DNA of 64,000 bases from a virus (lineage: Duplodnaviria; Caudoviricetes). The notes beneath the pieces were generated by a model, which saw only the letters and a program-made list of their open reading frames with translations, did not search any database and was not told where the DNA came from. The number at the start of each line of letters is the position of its first letter. Positions within the stretch are counted from its first letter, which is position 1. The translations under genes were made by a program, and so were the position numbers. The stretch covers positions 1 through 64,000 of the IMG/VR virus record IMGVR_UViG_3300043220_000070; one strand, given 5' to 3'. Positions 43,052 through 53,867 of the stretch are shown in pieces.

Positions 43052-44939
43052 GTCTTGTCTACCTCCAATACAACAAGGCACCTCTCAATCGCCGTCACGC
43101 TGTCTACATTGTAGTAGATGATGTCGCCCTTTGCAAGTGCCGTAGTCCAGCTCGTTAGACTCGTGTCCTCATCCTTGACGCCGCTGGCGGCAATCTCTGG
43201 CTCGTTACCCCCTGTGATAGTGTCGTCGTTCGTGGGTGGGTAGTTTGCGTAGCTGTCTACCCACAGGTCAATCTTGATTGCGCCGCTTTGGTCTGCGAGT
43301 AAGCGCACGGCTTTGATAGTGCAAGCAAATGGTACTGCCAACCAGCCCGCAGTACCTGTGGATATTGTGCTACCTCCGCCGTCAATCATGAACTCGATGC
43401 CCGCCTCATCATCCTCGAACGCCGGCGCACCCGTAGCACTGGTGCCTTTGTATACCTGGCCGTCCGTACCCACGGCCGTTTCCTGCTCATCACCTGAGCC
43501 GTCGGTGTAGAGTACCTTCCAGTCTGCATGACCAGTGTGGGCGGAGATACCGTGATTAGCTACGTCAATACCGTCCACCAAGCCGTCTTTCAGGAGCACG
43601 CTGTCGATGGTCACACCCACACCGGCCCCTAATTCGTTGATAACGTTAGTCTGTAGACCTGAGGCCGACAGTTGCATTCTGACGCTGCCAACCGAGAACA
43701 TCATTACATCCGACTCAAGAAGAATGTAGTCGAATCCGTCAAAGGCGATTGTTGGCTTTGACGGGCTTGAAACCCCCAGCCAGAAGTTGGGGAAGTTATC
43801 GAAGTCGGGATATAGTGCGTTGTCTTTATGCAGGATGCCATCTACCGTGACGCCAGCGGCGCCCGTGTACTCGTTGATGATATCGACCGTGAGTGTTCCC
43901 GACAGTGCGGGCGAACCTGAGTATGAGGGGTCGTTGGCGCCCCCGATGAGGACGGTACCCGCGGCCCCCAGAGCCAGCCTGGAAGCGACTGGTGTGTTAT
44001 TCCATACAAGAAGGTCGCCCCGGGTCGTACCGATACCCAGCGCGTGTACGTGGTCACCGCGGGGAACGGTGTCGTCGCTGCCTGCCGCCTCGGACGCAGC
44101 AACATTAGCTAGCTCACCCGTACCTGACCGGCCAATCCACTTCAGCCCGGTCGCTTCGCCGCTGTCGGCGATGAGGATGGTGTCGTTAGACCCTACACCA
44201 AGCTCCGCCGGCGTTGAGGCACCCGAAGCGCCATAGATGCTTCCCTTGGCCGTCAAGGTGGATTTTAGAGTGTAGAGGGCGTGGTCATCATCCCCCAGCC
44301 CCGCGAGGTTACCGTGGTCGGTAACGCCCTGGGACTCCAGGGTGACCGTCGCTCCAGCATTTGTGCGCACGCTGAGCTCACCAGTAGCGGTGTCGACGAA
44401 GAGCCGCCGTACCCCAACCCCAGGCTCCGTGGGGGGGGGGCAATGTCGTCGATGTCGAGGTAGTACGCACCCAGGTTTTCATTGGCGCCGGGAAGGACGG
44501 CCGCGTTGTGCTGGGCTGCCGCGTGTGCTTCGTTGTGTAGCTCTGAGTCCCTAGCAATGGCCGCAGGGATGTCGGCATCCACCAACGCACGGAACGTGGG
44601 GGTGGCATCACCCCCCGAGGTAGGGCCGGCGAATACCAGGTTGGAGCTCTGGGAGTCTAGGGTGAGCTGCTGCCCTGAAATACTAAGGAACAGGTCGACA
44701 TCTGTGTCGAGGGTGACGGAAACGTGCTGGCTTGAGTCGACCTGTACCCACGAGAGACCAGACCACACCCAGGAGTCTTCATCCTCATTGAGGGCCATAT
44801 CCCCCGGCTCAACTTGGTTGGCTTCGATAACGTCGGGGTCAGACCCTATGAAGTTCCAGACGAAGACTGACCGGGCAATCGTCCAGGGAACCGATTCCTG
44901 TGTTTCTCGGGGTCTCTGCTGGCCGAAATGGTGAGGCAC
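43048..44939 (-). CDS. tail fibre protein (~630 aa) interrupted by a -1 frameshift at a C10 tract
   Basis: ORFs 44265-44939 and 43048-44370 join (…DDIAPP(P)TEPGVGVRRLFVDTATGELSVRTNAG…) if the G10 at 44431-44440 is G11 or G8. Confidence 0.8.
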
Positions 44940-45244
44940 TACGCCTCCGTATTGCCTGGCGTCTTCTTCCTACGGATTTTACGGTTCAAATCCCTCATCC
45001 GGCGCCGGCGCTTCTTCGTCGTTTCTGGTTCCTCTTCCTCCGCGGGGAAGACCAGTACCTCTTCAGGCACCACAAACCGCCGCGGGAACCCCTCAGGCAG
45101 CTTATCGCGTAGTTCCTCCCCCGACTCCATCTCCACATCCCGCCCTACTTGGTCGAGAGACTCCCTAACCTGACGGGGCATCAGTTTCTTGAGTCGTTTT
45201 CGGGCCTCCTGGCCCTCGATGTTGATGATAATGATGTCGCCCAT
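44939..45244 (-). CDS. small basic protein with its own promoter
   Basis: TAGAAT -10 and GAGG RBS upstream. Confidence 0.55.
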   Translation of the reverse strand: MGDIIIINIEGQEARKRLKKLMPRQVRESLDQVGRDVEMESGEELRDKLPEGFPRRFVVPEEVLVFPAEEEEPETTKKRRRRMRDLNRKIRRKKTPGNTEA

Positions 45245-45256
45245 GCTACCTCTATT

Positions 45257-45403
45257 CTACTGTATTAGGGAAGGGTTCAGCAAGTAAGAAGCTGCCTGTG
45301 TCAAGGTACCGGGGTCGTGGTCAACAGCCAACTTTCGGCCAGAGGAACATGTCCGCTGGCAAATGGCGACGGCCACGTTGTGGATGTATCTTAGCGCAGC
45401 CAT
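45257..45403 (-). pseudogene. internally deleted endonuclease VII (HNH) relic
   Basis: Translates as ...AICQRTCSSGRKLAVDHD-PG-TLTQAASYLLNP, lacking the VRGLLC..CN core. Confidence 0.65.
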
Positions 45404-45407
45404 AGGG

Positions 45408-46880
45408 TTAGAACAGCTCTCCCCAGCTTAGGGCAACAACTGCCTCGTGGTTGCTGCCACTTGTTGCTTCAGCAGTGATGGTGAAGACATCTCCAGGGTG
45501 CAGACGTTCCTTGAGCTCATTGAGGAAAATCAATTCCGAATCGGTCTTGCCCAAAAGAACCGTGAGGATGTCCTCCCCGCCAGTCAAACCGCTTGCTGCT
45601 GTATCAACGGATGCTGTCGAGACGGCTGCATCAAAGGCCGAAAAGGCAGGCGTCCCTGTCAGCGTTGGGTTAAGCCTAATTCTGATGATGATTGGCTTAG
45701 CGCCCTCAGTCGCAACCGACAGATACTCGGGACGTATTTGTACTCGGTTGAGTTTCGACTGATGGATGATGTCGTTCTTGATGGAGAGAATAGGTAGCTC
45801 CGTTGTGCCTACTGCTGTACTCTTGCCACTCGCCGCCCTCTGTAGCGGGTATTCTTCAATTCTGCCCTCGACAAATCCGGCCATGGAGGAGGTCTTTACC
45901 GTAAGGTTTGAAGTGTTTGAAGTATTCTTTGACATGATGTGTAGAGGTAGCGTAGGGTTCTGCAACGAAGGTACCGTGTTAGCGTTGGCATAGCGAATCT
46001 GGTGGACATCAATGAACCTGCCTGTAGTGGGATTCTCGATGGCGAACGTCAAGAGGCCGAATCCTAGCCACTGGTATCGAATCTGATACACGTTTCCCTT
46101 TGTCGGGTCAAGGGTAGGAAGTGTACCAGTACCGTCGGCTGGGTCTAGGTTCCACGACGCCTGTGCTATCCATTCGTTTGAGACGGATGCGCCAGCAAGC
46201 GTCTCAGCAAGACTGGCCGCAACTCCAGTCGAGTCAGTATCGGCGAAAGACATGGTTCCTGATTTGTCCCCGTCGCTCCACGACTTCAGGATGACCGTAG
46301 CGTTATTGACGTAGGCTGTCCAACCCAGACCTACGTCTGTCCAGTCGGCATTCGCTATCTTCACGGCCACCTCGCGCGCTGTATCATCCTCCACCACCGC
46401 TACTACTCGTGTTTCACCGTCTAGGGTGATAGTAATGTTCCCACTAGTTACAGTCGCCCCGTTAGTCACGGTGATAGTCTGGATTTCTGGCCCGCCCAGC
46501 CGGCGCCGAAGGATGGAGAATGCGGCACCGTTCAAGCCAAAGAACAGTCCATCGCCTACATCACCAATCCCAGCAAGTTGAACTGAGTTTGCGGCACCAG
46601 CAGTGAAGAGGGCTGTGAAGCGCACGAGGGCGCCTTGGCCTGGTTCATACTTCAGAGGCTCAATGGATAGCATGTGCGCCGCGGAGTTGGCGATGGCACC
46701 GCTCTGGATAACAGCCATACCCTGGGATTCCGTCACCGTGCCTAATGCGTTCTCCCGGCTTTCAACCAGGTCGGCGTTGATGTTATAGGGAAATTGGAGC
46801 TGAATAACGGGGGTTGGCTCGGCTACGAGTAGTTCACCAAACGCGGACTTGTAATCCTCTCGTACTGGTTGATATGTCAT
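45408..46880 (-). CDS. virion structural protein (tail/lectin-like)
   Basis: SAFGELLVAE.TP..Q..F..N, YEPGQG, YQIRYQWLGFG motifs; in the tail operon. Confidence 0.7.
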   Translation of the reverse strand: MTYQPVREDYKSAFGELLVAEPTPVIQLQFPYNINADLVESRENALGTVTESQGMAVIQSGAIANSAAHMLSIEPLKYEPGQGALVRFTALFTAGAANSVQLAGIGDVGDGLFFGLNGAAFSILRRRLGGPEIQTITVTNGATVTSGNITITLDGETRVVAVVEDDTAREVAVKIANADWTDVGLGWTAYVNNATVILKSWSDGDKSGTMSFADTDSTGVAASLAETLAGASVSNEWIAQASWNLDPADGTGTLPTLDPTKGNVYQIRYQWLGFGLLTFAIENPTTGRFIDVHQIRYANANTVPSLQNPTLPLHIMSKNTSNTSNLTVKTSSMAGFVEGRIEEYPLQRAASGKSTAVGTTELPILSIKNDIIHQSKLNRVQIRPEYLSVATEGAKPIIIRIRLNPTLTGTPAFSAFDAAVSTASVDTAASGLTGGEDILTVLLGKTDSELIFLNELKERLHPGDVFTITAEATSGSNHEAVVALSWGELF

Positions 46881-46892
46881 CTAAGCCCCTTT

Positions 46893-49292
46893 CTACACCA
46901 CCCACCACTCGGTGCCGTCGCTAACCACAGTAATAGCTTCGTATTGGACAAGAAGGGTGGCTGTAGCCCCCCCATCTATCGTCTCGGCCGCATTTGCATC
47001 TATCGTCACTGCATTCGCGGTGGCATCGGTTTTCTTCACTCGATACATCCTACCAGTAATGCCTACCGCTGTGGGGAGGGTAAGAGTAAATGTCCCTCCC
47101 GAGGCGTCTGCGAGGACTAATCCATCTTCTGCCGTTAGTGTATAGGCTCCAGATTTAGCAACGACGAGAAGTCGAACATCCGCAGCATCTAGGTAGGCAC
47201 CGTTCAAGAGGTCGAGTTTGGTTCCGTTGAGGCGCATGTACTCAGTTGAGCCGATGACCCAAGAGTAGTAATTGGAGCCCCGGTTGTACTCCTGGTAGTC
47301 GTTTGTGTCGAACGTCAGGCGAGGTGAGACTGGAGTACCTGTGATATAGATGCTGAGGTCTCGTGAGCCGCCAGAACCGCCACTCCAAGGGTCTTCAGGG
47401 CCGTTCCAGGTAGTTGGATTAGCGTCGTGGGATGTACCGCTGCCGTCGTAGTACCAGGTGAAGGTAAAGCCCCCACCCCCACGGCTCATGACCGCAATCC
47501 AGTAGTCTCCTCCGGCGAGGTCGATGTCGGAAATGGCGCCGGCGGCGGCGTTAAAGGCTATATCCCCCGACCACCAATCGGGTGAGCCGGAGGCCGAGAC
47601 TGTGATGTCGGCAGTGTAGGCCACCAAATTCCCTGGGGCGCCGCCGTCGTCGTCGTAGATGACCAGCTTAATCTGACGGGTTGAGGTGTTGAGGCTGCCG
47701 TAGACGCTGAGGCTAGTGTAGTTCCCACCTACCAACGTTACCTTACGGGCGTCCTGTTGCTGGGCGGAGACATTGAAGGTACTGCCCCCAATACCCGTGT
47801 TTCCATAGTTAGTTGAGGAACCCGGGTTCAAGAATAGATGCAGGGTGGAGTCGATTAGGAGCTGCTTGGCTGTAATCGTGAAGGCCCCAACGTCCCAGTT
47901 GCCGGTCAGCTCACGAGTACCATCTGCCAGGAGGTACAGGGTATGGTCGTCGTCTCCAAGCCCACCGAGACCACCGTGGTCACCTCCCGTGCCGGTAGGC
48001 CCCACGGTACCTCCCACGTTGGTATCCCAATCGCGGTAGGAGTTGAGGATGAGACAGTCAGTGTTGGCAAGGTCGATAGCGACGGCAACGTGCGTGTTGG
48101 AGCCCGTAGGCCCCCTGAGCGCGTTGCCCACGATTGAAATGTTCTTAGCAGTACCGCCACCGCCAGTAATTGTGATGGCCCGGGTACCGTTGTTGTCCGT
48201 GCTACAACGGATATAATTACCATCCACGGTGGCGTCCACCGGGCTCGTTGTACCCGCGGTTCCAATTGAGAGGAACGAGGCAGTGCCGCTGTAGTTGAGC
48301 ACGTCGTTGTTCGAGAAGACGAATGGGTAATTGTGCGTCCTTGTCCATCCGTAGCCCGTGACGGAACGGAAGAGGTTGTTCTCAATGAGGATGCCATCCC
48401 TCCCTAGGTCGACATCGGTGCTGGCATCCCGTTCCTGAATGTTGGTAAGTGCCGCAAAGTCACAGTCTCGGATGGTGAGCTTACCAACGGTCGCCATATT
48501 GGAAGCAACAGCGAATAAGGCTGTAATGGCCTCGCGCGTGTGGACTTTATCTAAAACTAGGTCAGACACATTGGCGGAACTACCCGTGTCGAGGTCAAAG
48601 AGATATGTCCAGTTGTCCCCCTCAAAGGCAACATCGTAGAACTCCATTCTGGGCAGAATGTAGCCCCCGTTTCCCTGGAAGAAGGGGCCGGCCGAAGCGC
48701 CATCACCGGAGCTGCGCGCGAAGGCGACACCTTTGAAAATCAGAGTGCTATTGATGTGGCTATTGGCGCTCTGGTGGTCAATAAACGGGTTCGTGCTGAG
48801 GGTATCGTCGCAGTTGATTACTGGGCGGTTCCTTCCACCGGAGAACACTACAATGCGCTGCTGCTCGGCCAGTTCGGTGATGTCATGCTTTGCTTCAACC
48901 GTCTCACTATGGGAAGTGCAGACCCAGATGGTGCGGTCGCCACCAGTAGCGATGGCGGCCTCGAGTGCCCCGGTGGTGCCAAACAGCAACAGGTGGGTGC
49001 CCATCCCCGTGGAGTCCACCACGTAGTCGACATTGACCCCCTCCCCCAGGGCAATGACCTGTATATCCACCACACCGGTGTAGACACGCCCACCTACCGT
49101 GGCAGACGTGCGCCGAACGCGGGGCCGGAACCAATGAGGCCCCGACAGACCCGTGAACTGGACAACACCCGCCCGTCCTGTCGTCGCGGTGGCGGAGACG
49201 GCCGGCCAGCTATTGAGGGAGATGGCTTCAACCACCACCCCAGATATGGGGCGCTGCTCTTCGTTTACACAAGCGACTCGGTAGGCTGCCAA
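46893..49292 (-). CDS. tail spike/fibre with parallel beta-helix (pectin-lyase-like) domain
   Basis: Repeated I.GN/DGN beta-helix rungs, HGGLGGLGDDDH motif, Gly/Thr-rich C-terminus. Confidence 0.8.
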   Translation of the reverse strand: MAAYRVACVNEEQRPISGVVVEAISLNSWPAVSATATTGRAGVVQFTGLSGPHWFRPRVRRTSATVGGRVYTGVVDIQVIALGEGVNVDYVVDSTGMGTHLLLFGTTGALEAAIATGGDRTIWVCTSHSETVEAKHDITELAEQQRIVVFSGGRNRPVINCDDTLSTNPFIDHQSANSHINSTLIFKGVAFARSSGDGASAGPFFQGNGGYILPRMEFYDVAFEGDNWTYLFDLDTGSSANVSDLVLDKVHTREAITALFAVASNMATVGKLTIRDCDFAALTNIQERDASTDVDLGRDGILIENNLFRSVTGYGWTRTHNYPFVFSNNDVLNYSGTASFLSIGTAGTTSPVDATVDGNYIRCSTDNNGTRAITITGGGGTAKNISIVGNALRGPTGSNTHVAVAIDLANTDCLILNSYRDWDTNVGGTVGPTGTGGDHGGLGGLGDDDHTLYLLADGTRELTGNWDVGAFTITAKQLLIDSTLHLFLNPGSSTNYGNTGIGGSTFNVSAQQQDARKVTLVGGNYTSLSVYGSLNTSTRQIKLVIYDDDGGAPGNLVAYTADITVSASGSPDWWSGDIAFNAAAGAISDIDLAGGDYWIAVMSRGGGGFTFTWYYDGSGTSHDANPTTWNGPEDPWSGGSGGSRDLSIYITGTPVSPRLTFDTNDYQEYNRGSNYYSWVIGSTEYMRLNGTKLDLLNGAYLDAADVRLLVVAKSGAYTLTAEDGLVLADASGGTFTLTLPTAVGITGRMYRVKKTDATANAVTIDANAAETIDGGATATLLVQYEAITVVSDGTEWWVV

Positions 49293-49353
49293 ACCAGTTC
49301 TCCGTACTCTCTATGATACACCGTGCTGCCCCGGAGAGCGTGCTCAGGGAGTT

Positions 49354-49887
49354 TTAAGACGGTGCCCGGGAAATGACACCAACCCCCCGCTCCCACGCGA
49401 GGTTGAGGATGAAATCCCTTCGCTCCATTATGTCACTTTCCCAGAGGTCAATTATCTTCATGCCCTGGGACGCCAGTTGCGCCTTCATGATGGCGTCCCG
49501 CGCGCGGTCTTCCGGTTGCTCCAGGTGCCAGCGCTCCCCCATCACACGCCAGCCCTCTAGCCGATTGGGAAAGTAGTAGTCGAGAATGTAACCACCGAAG
49601 CGAGTGCGGCCCCCGAAAACGGGGTGTTGGAAATAGAAGTCCACGTTGGGTACCTGCTTCTTCTCTACCACTAGGAACTCAAAAACCAAAAATTCGGGTA
49701 AGCTACCGTTCCACTGGGCCTTCCATGCCTCGTAGCGGGCCAGCAGCGCCTCCTCCTGCTCGGGGGGGATGGGCACTTCGGGCTCGGCAGGTATACGGGG
49801 CTCCTCTTCCTCTCCCCCCGGGACTCGGGGCCGGCGAGGGGCCACTAGTTGCGGCCGGACACTTAGCTCACCGGGACGGCGTGGCAT
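49354..49887 (-). CDS. DUF559/Vsr-like endonuclease
   Basis: YILDYYF..WRVMGERWH..RD..L...GMKIIDLWESDI. Confidence 0.7.
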   Translation of the reverse strand: MPRRPGELSVRPQLVAPRRPRVPGGEEEEPRIPAEPEVPIPPEQEEALLARYEAWKAQWNGSLPEFLVFEFLVVEKKQVPNVDFYFQHPVFGGRTRFGGYILDYYFPNRLEGWRVMGERWHLEQPEDRARDAIMKAQLASQGMKIIDLWESDIMERRDFILNLAWERGVGVISRAPS

Positions 49888-49889
49888 AG

Positions 49890-52176
49890 CTAATCGGCCG
49901 CCGGCTCGATGAGCTGGATTTCTACGAAGCCACGACCCCCCACCGCTTCACGAAATTCTGAAATCGTCGCCGGCATGTCGGTGATTCGCACGTTGATACC
50001 CCCACTCTCCATCGACGGAATCACCAGGTGGAGGAGCTTGGGCGTGTTCACTAGGGACTTCAGGAACTGCCAGATACTCTCTGTCGTCATCGTCTCATCC
50101 CCGATAAGCAGTTTTCGCTCTACCGTCCGGCTCACATCAATACGGATTGTCCAGGCGGTGCGAATTCTTGGCTTCTTATCAAAGAGTAGGATGAGCGCCC
50201 GCAGTTCAGGCGTCTCGGGGAGCTCCGTGTAGATACCGTCCCCATTGTCGTGAGTCGCAGCGGTTGTGTTGTTGTAGCCACGGGTGACGTTGATAACGTC
50301 GGGGGTAGCGAATGTGAATCCGGTAATCAGCATCTGCTCGGTGCCCACTCGAATGATGTCCCCCACCATCATCCCCATGTCCTCGATGTCGTCATTCGTG
50401 TCAATGGCCGTCTCAGAGTCGTCCAAAGCCTCCCCAATGTTGAACCCGGAATCCTCCCAGAGGGTACCGAGTCCACGGTTGAGGGTGATGCGGAACTGTA
50501 CTGACTTAAAGGCGACCCCCAGGTGGTCTGGGTCGAACCAGATTTCCTGCTGGTTCTGAGTGTAGGTACCCAGGTTTTCGTAGGTCGCCCCCTCGTTGTT
50601 GTTGAGACGGTACTCAACCCGCACCGTCTCGGTGGCGCTCAGGTTGTAACCATCGAGGGACATCCGCAACAGCGCGCCTTCCAACTCGATGAACCCCCCG
50701 TCGAACCAGCCTGTCTCAAAGGAGAGAGGGCCGTCCTCAAATACCTGGCGGCCGCCTGAAGCGGGAACATCGCTCGCCACGGGAAGCTGATAGGTATGGA
50801 GTGTGAGGGTCGTACCATTCTGGTCGTTCAGGGCTGCTACGTCGATGAAGCGAGTGACTTCCGTCAGAGAAACGGAGAGGGGGAAGCGGTCAACTATGGC
50901 GCTATAAGGCTGCGAATTCGCCACCTCCGACCCAAGCCAGCTCCACCCAACACCATTGTAGACCAGCAGGCGCCAACTCCGCGGCGCTGCCAGGCTACTG
51001 GCGATGGCGAAGAGGTCGCTCGTCCCCGGGAGAAAGTGTGTGATGTGGTAGTTGTCTCCACCCACTTGGGCCGACCCTGCAACATTACCCACCCAACTTG
51101 GAGGGGGGCCATCCTTCCCAAAGAGCCCCACCTTCCGCACCGTCTGCGCGTTGCCCGGGTTGTACTCCCACACGTTGTACCCATCCGAGACAAGGATGGC
51201 TCCATTCCAGACAGTCCCCACAGACAGCCAGTTGTCATCGCCAACGTCCTTGATTTCAACGGCGTTGTAGACGTACCAGTCGAGTACCCAGAGCCGCCCC
51301 CCGCTGAGGAAGTAGACGGCGCTGGCGCCCCAAGGAGCCATCGCTGTGCCAATGAACCCTACCGCAACACCGCCCGTGCGCCAGTGGGGGTCAAGAGCGT
51401 CGGCCGAATCCGTAAGCCAGGCGATACCGTCCGCCGAGCCGATGATTTGGTCTCCTTCAGCGTGGCCTATGACCAACCCATCCCAGACAATCATGTCGGA
51501 AAACTGCGCTACTCCTGCGGGGGTGGCGGGGAGATTAGCGGCATCTGTCCACGTACCCCCGTCTGGGGAGCGGTAGTAGGTCGAGCTCGAGCCGAGGGTT
51601 GCGTCCGAACCACAAGCCAGGAGGAACCTGGTGCCGTCCGAAGCTCTGCTCTCAACAATACGCCCGAACCTCTGGGCGCTGAAACCATCGCCCGAAGCAT
51701 CCTCAATCTCCGCTAGGTTGATACGGTCAACGTCGAAGGTATAGATACTGTCCAGGACACCTAGGTACATCCGGTCAGCCCCACTGATGTTGGAGAGGAG
51801 CATTGCATTGGGGTTGGAGAAGAGGGCCCCCACACTCGGGTTGTTGTCGGGACTGTGCGTCGTCCGCTGAGGTGGCAGCGTGACGTGCCGCGGGCGCCGG
51901 AGGTCAACGCCATCTTGGTTGTCCCAGTGCGTTCCGCCTGCCTCCCGCACCTCAGACCGGCGGAAGGAGAATCCGCCACTAAAAAGTCGTCAAAAACCAT
52001 CCAGAAAGCGTGTTCACGGGTCACCGCTCGTCGTAAGTGGCCTTTCCAATCTTCAAACCAGTGGCGAATTCAGATACCATTCCACCCCTAATCGGCCCAT
52101 TAACGACGAGCTGCACACCATTTAACGTGACGCTGTTGTCCTGGTATTCCCCAGAATCAACTACTGCACTAGGCAT
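49890..52176 (-). CDS. tail nozzle/tubular-protein-B-like virion protein; 5' end broken by two frameshifts
   Basis: 686-aa ORF 49890-51950 plus an upstream AGGAGG-ATG (52176) segment; a protein-like reading passes through three frames around 52030 and 51983. Confidence 0.65.
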
Positions 52177-52757
52177 GACGACTTCTCACCTCCTTCGAGA
52201 GACAACATTGTCCAGATAGGACGGTCTCCCTTCTTCCGGTTGCAACTCCAGCAGCAGGGAGCCAAGTTCTCAAAGAGTGTCTCCCCTCCTTTTGCTACTG
52301 GAGTCAGGTGGTCAAAGCCGGAAGCGTCACCACCGCAATAAACACACGCGGGGCCGTAGTATTCAACAACCTCCGCAGTTACCTGTTTGGGAATATGACT
52401 TGCCCGCAAGCGGCCTTGCTCCCTCAAGGCGTCTCGGTGACTATTTCGGTAGCGAGCACTCGCCTCCCGATGTACTTCCCGCCCTCGCGGGGTTTGAAGG
52501 TACGCCTTCGCACGAGCAAGCCAGCGGTTCCGGTGCCTTATGTACGACGTACGAGTATATGCCTGAATACGCCCAGGGTTTGCTTTTTCCCACACCCGTT
52601 TCGTCTCTTTCTCCCTCTCCGAACGGGGGGGCCTGCTATTGAGTACCCTCCGTTTCTGGGTACTCTCGATGGCACACCTCCGACAGGAATTGTTGGCGTA
52701 AACCCCTGTCACAAGAACGTCATGATTCCGGCGGCAGTACCTATCTAGTTTCCTCAT
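52161..52757 (-). CDS. HNH endonuclease
   Basis: ACVYCGG..GFDHLTPVAKGG...NLAPCCWSCNRKKG; extended -10 TGGTATACT 6 nt before the ATG. Confidence 0.92.
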   Translation of the reverse strand: MRKLDRYCRRNHDVLVTGVYANNSCRRCAIESTQKRRVLNSRPPRSEREKETKRVWEKANPGRIQAYTRTSYIRHRNRWLARAKAYLQTPRGREVHREASARYRNSHRDALREQGRLRASHIPKQVTAEVVEYYGPACVYCGGDASGFDHLTPVAKGGETLFENLAPCCWSCNRKKGDRPIWTMLSLEGGEKSSCLVQ

Positions 52758-52980
52758 AATCCCAGTATACCACCTACCGTCCCGGTCTAAAGACGAGGGG
52801 TAGCTTCTTCTCTTCTTTCGTGAGGAAGGGCGGTCGGGCTAAATTCCGCTCTATCCATAATAATGGGCGGCAGGACTGTAGCCGAACAAGTCGGTTTCTT
52901 GTCACTAGGTCAATACGGATATACATGTTACACCTCCTGAACTCGGCTCGTGACTCTAGTAGTCCTATTGTACCACATTT

Positions 52981-53865
52981 CTATCTCCCCGGGACTCGTG
53001 TCGAATTGGGGCGGACGCGAAACTCCGCGGGGTGCAGAGACAGGAAGTGCGAACTGACCGCCCAGGACTGCCGGTATACGGTGTCCAAGTGTGGGTGGTC
53101 GCCCTGCGCGAAGAGGAAGCGCGCGGCGTATGCCGTGGCGCGCTCGACTACGAAGGATTCCATCTGCGCGTCAAGCGTGTCGGTGCCGGCGCTGTAGGTG
53201 CTAGGTCGTTTCTGTCCAACAATCTGAAGGGGCGTGCCGGCCGTGTAGCTGAAGAGGGCGGCGTTGAAGATGATTTGTGGCCGCGACCCTAGAGCGGCTG
53301 TGGTGGTGTTGGCCCCACCCGTCTGGAGCTTCAGGTGCCAGTAAGCCCGGGGGACAATGGTGTCGAATATGGTGTTAGCGTTAGGGCGGTCTACGTCCGT
53401 GCTGTTGTCGTGCGTAGCTGCTGTCGTGCTGAAGTACCCTCGCGTCACCGTGAGGGTGGTGCTGGAGGGGACGGCCGTCACCAACATGATTTCGTCGTCC
53501 ACCTGGATGAGGTCGTTGACGGTGAAGATGCTGCTGTCACCTACTGTGATGGTGGTGGCGGTAGTGTCGGCGATGGCGGCGCCCAGGTCGGTACCAGAGT
53601 CTAGCGTGTCCGCGTTCCCTGCCGTCAGGTCACCCACACGAATTTCCTTGATGTAGGCAAACCGGGCTGGTACGTCGTACTCGTACTCGGTGGTGAACAA
53701 CTCGATATTCTCAGCGTGCTCCTGAGGTAGCAGCCAGCCGGAGTTGATAAGGTCGCGCGCGGCCCTGTTGATAAAGGTCAGCAGCACCGGCTCAGTGACC
53801 CGAACCATAAAAGGGTCACCGACATTCAGCGCGATTTCTTCTCGATGGGTGTTTACGCTACCCAC
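52981..53865 (-). CDS. head-tail adaptor / tail tubular-protein-A-like (paralogue 2)
   Basis: FINRAARDL..EYEYDVPA..ERATAYAAR..RVPGR; inserted TRGY..TTAATHD module. Confidence 0.7.
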   Translation of the reverse strand: MGSVNTHREEIALNVGDPFMVRVTEPVLLTFINRAARDLINSGWLLPQEHAENIELFTTEYEYDVPARFAYIKEIRVGDLTAGNADTLDSGTDLGAAIADTTATTITVGDSSIFTVNDLIQVDDEIMLVTAVPSSTTLTVTRGYFSTTAATHDNSTDVDRPNANTIFDTIVPRAYWHLKLQTGGANTTTAALGSRPQIIFNAALFSYTAGTPLQIVGQKRPSTYSAGTDTLDAQMESFVVERATAYAARFLFAQGDHPHLDTVYRQSWAVSSHFLSLHPAEFRVRPNSTRVPGR

Positions 53866-53867
53866 AA

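Noticed and set aside
43048-49292. Diversity-generating retroelement acting on tail fibres
   Set aside because: No reverse transcriptase, and no near-identical TR/VR pair differing at adenines; the shared HG.L.GLGDDDH motif is only a short protein-level similarity.
52161-52980. Group I intron carrying the HNH (also considered for 25368-25901)
   Set aside because: Both HNH genes lie between genes, not within one, and I could not identify P/Q/R/S core elements.
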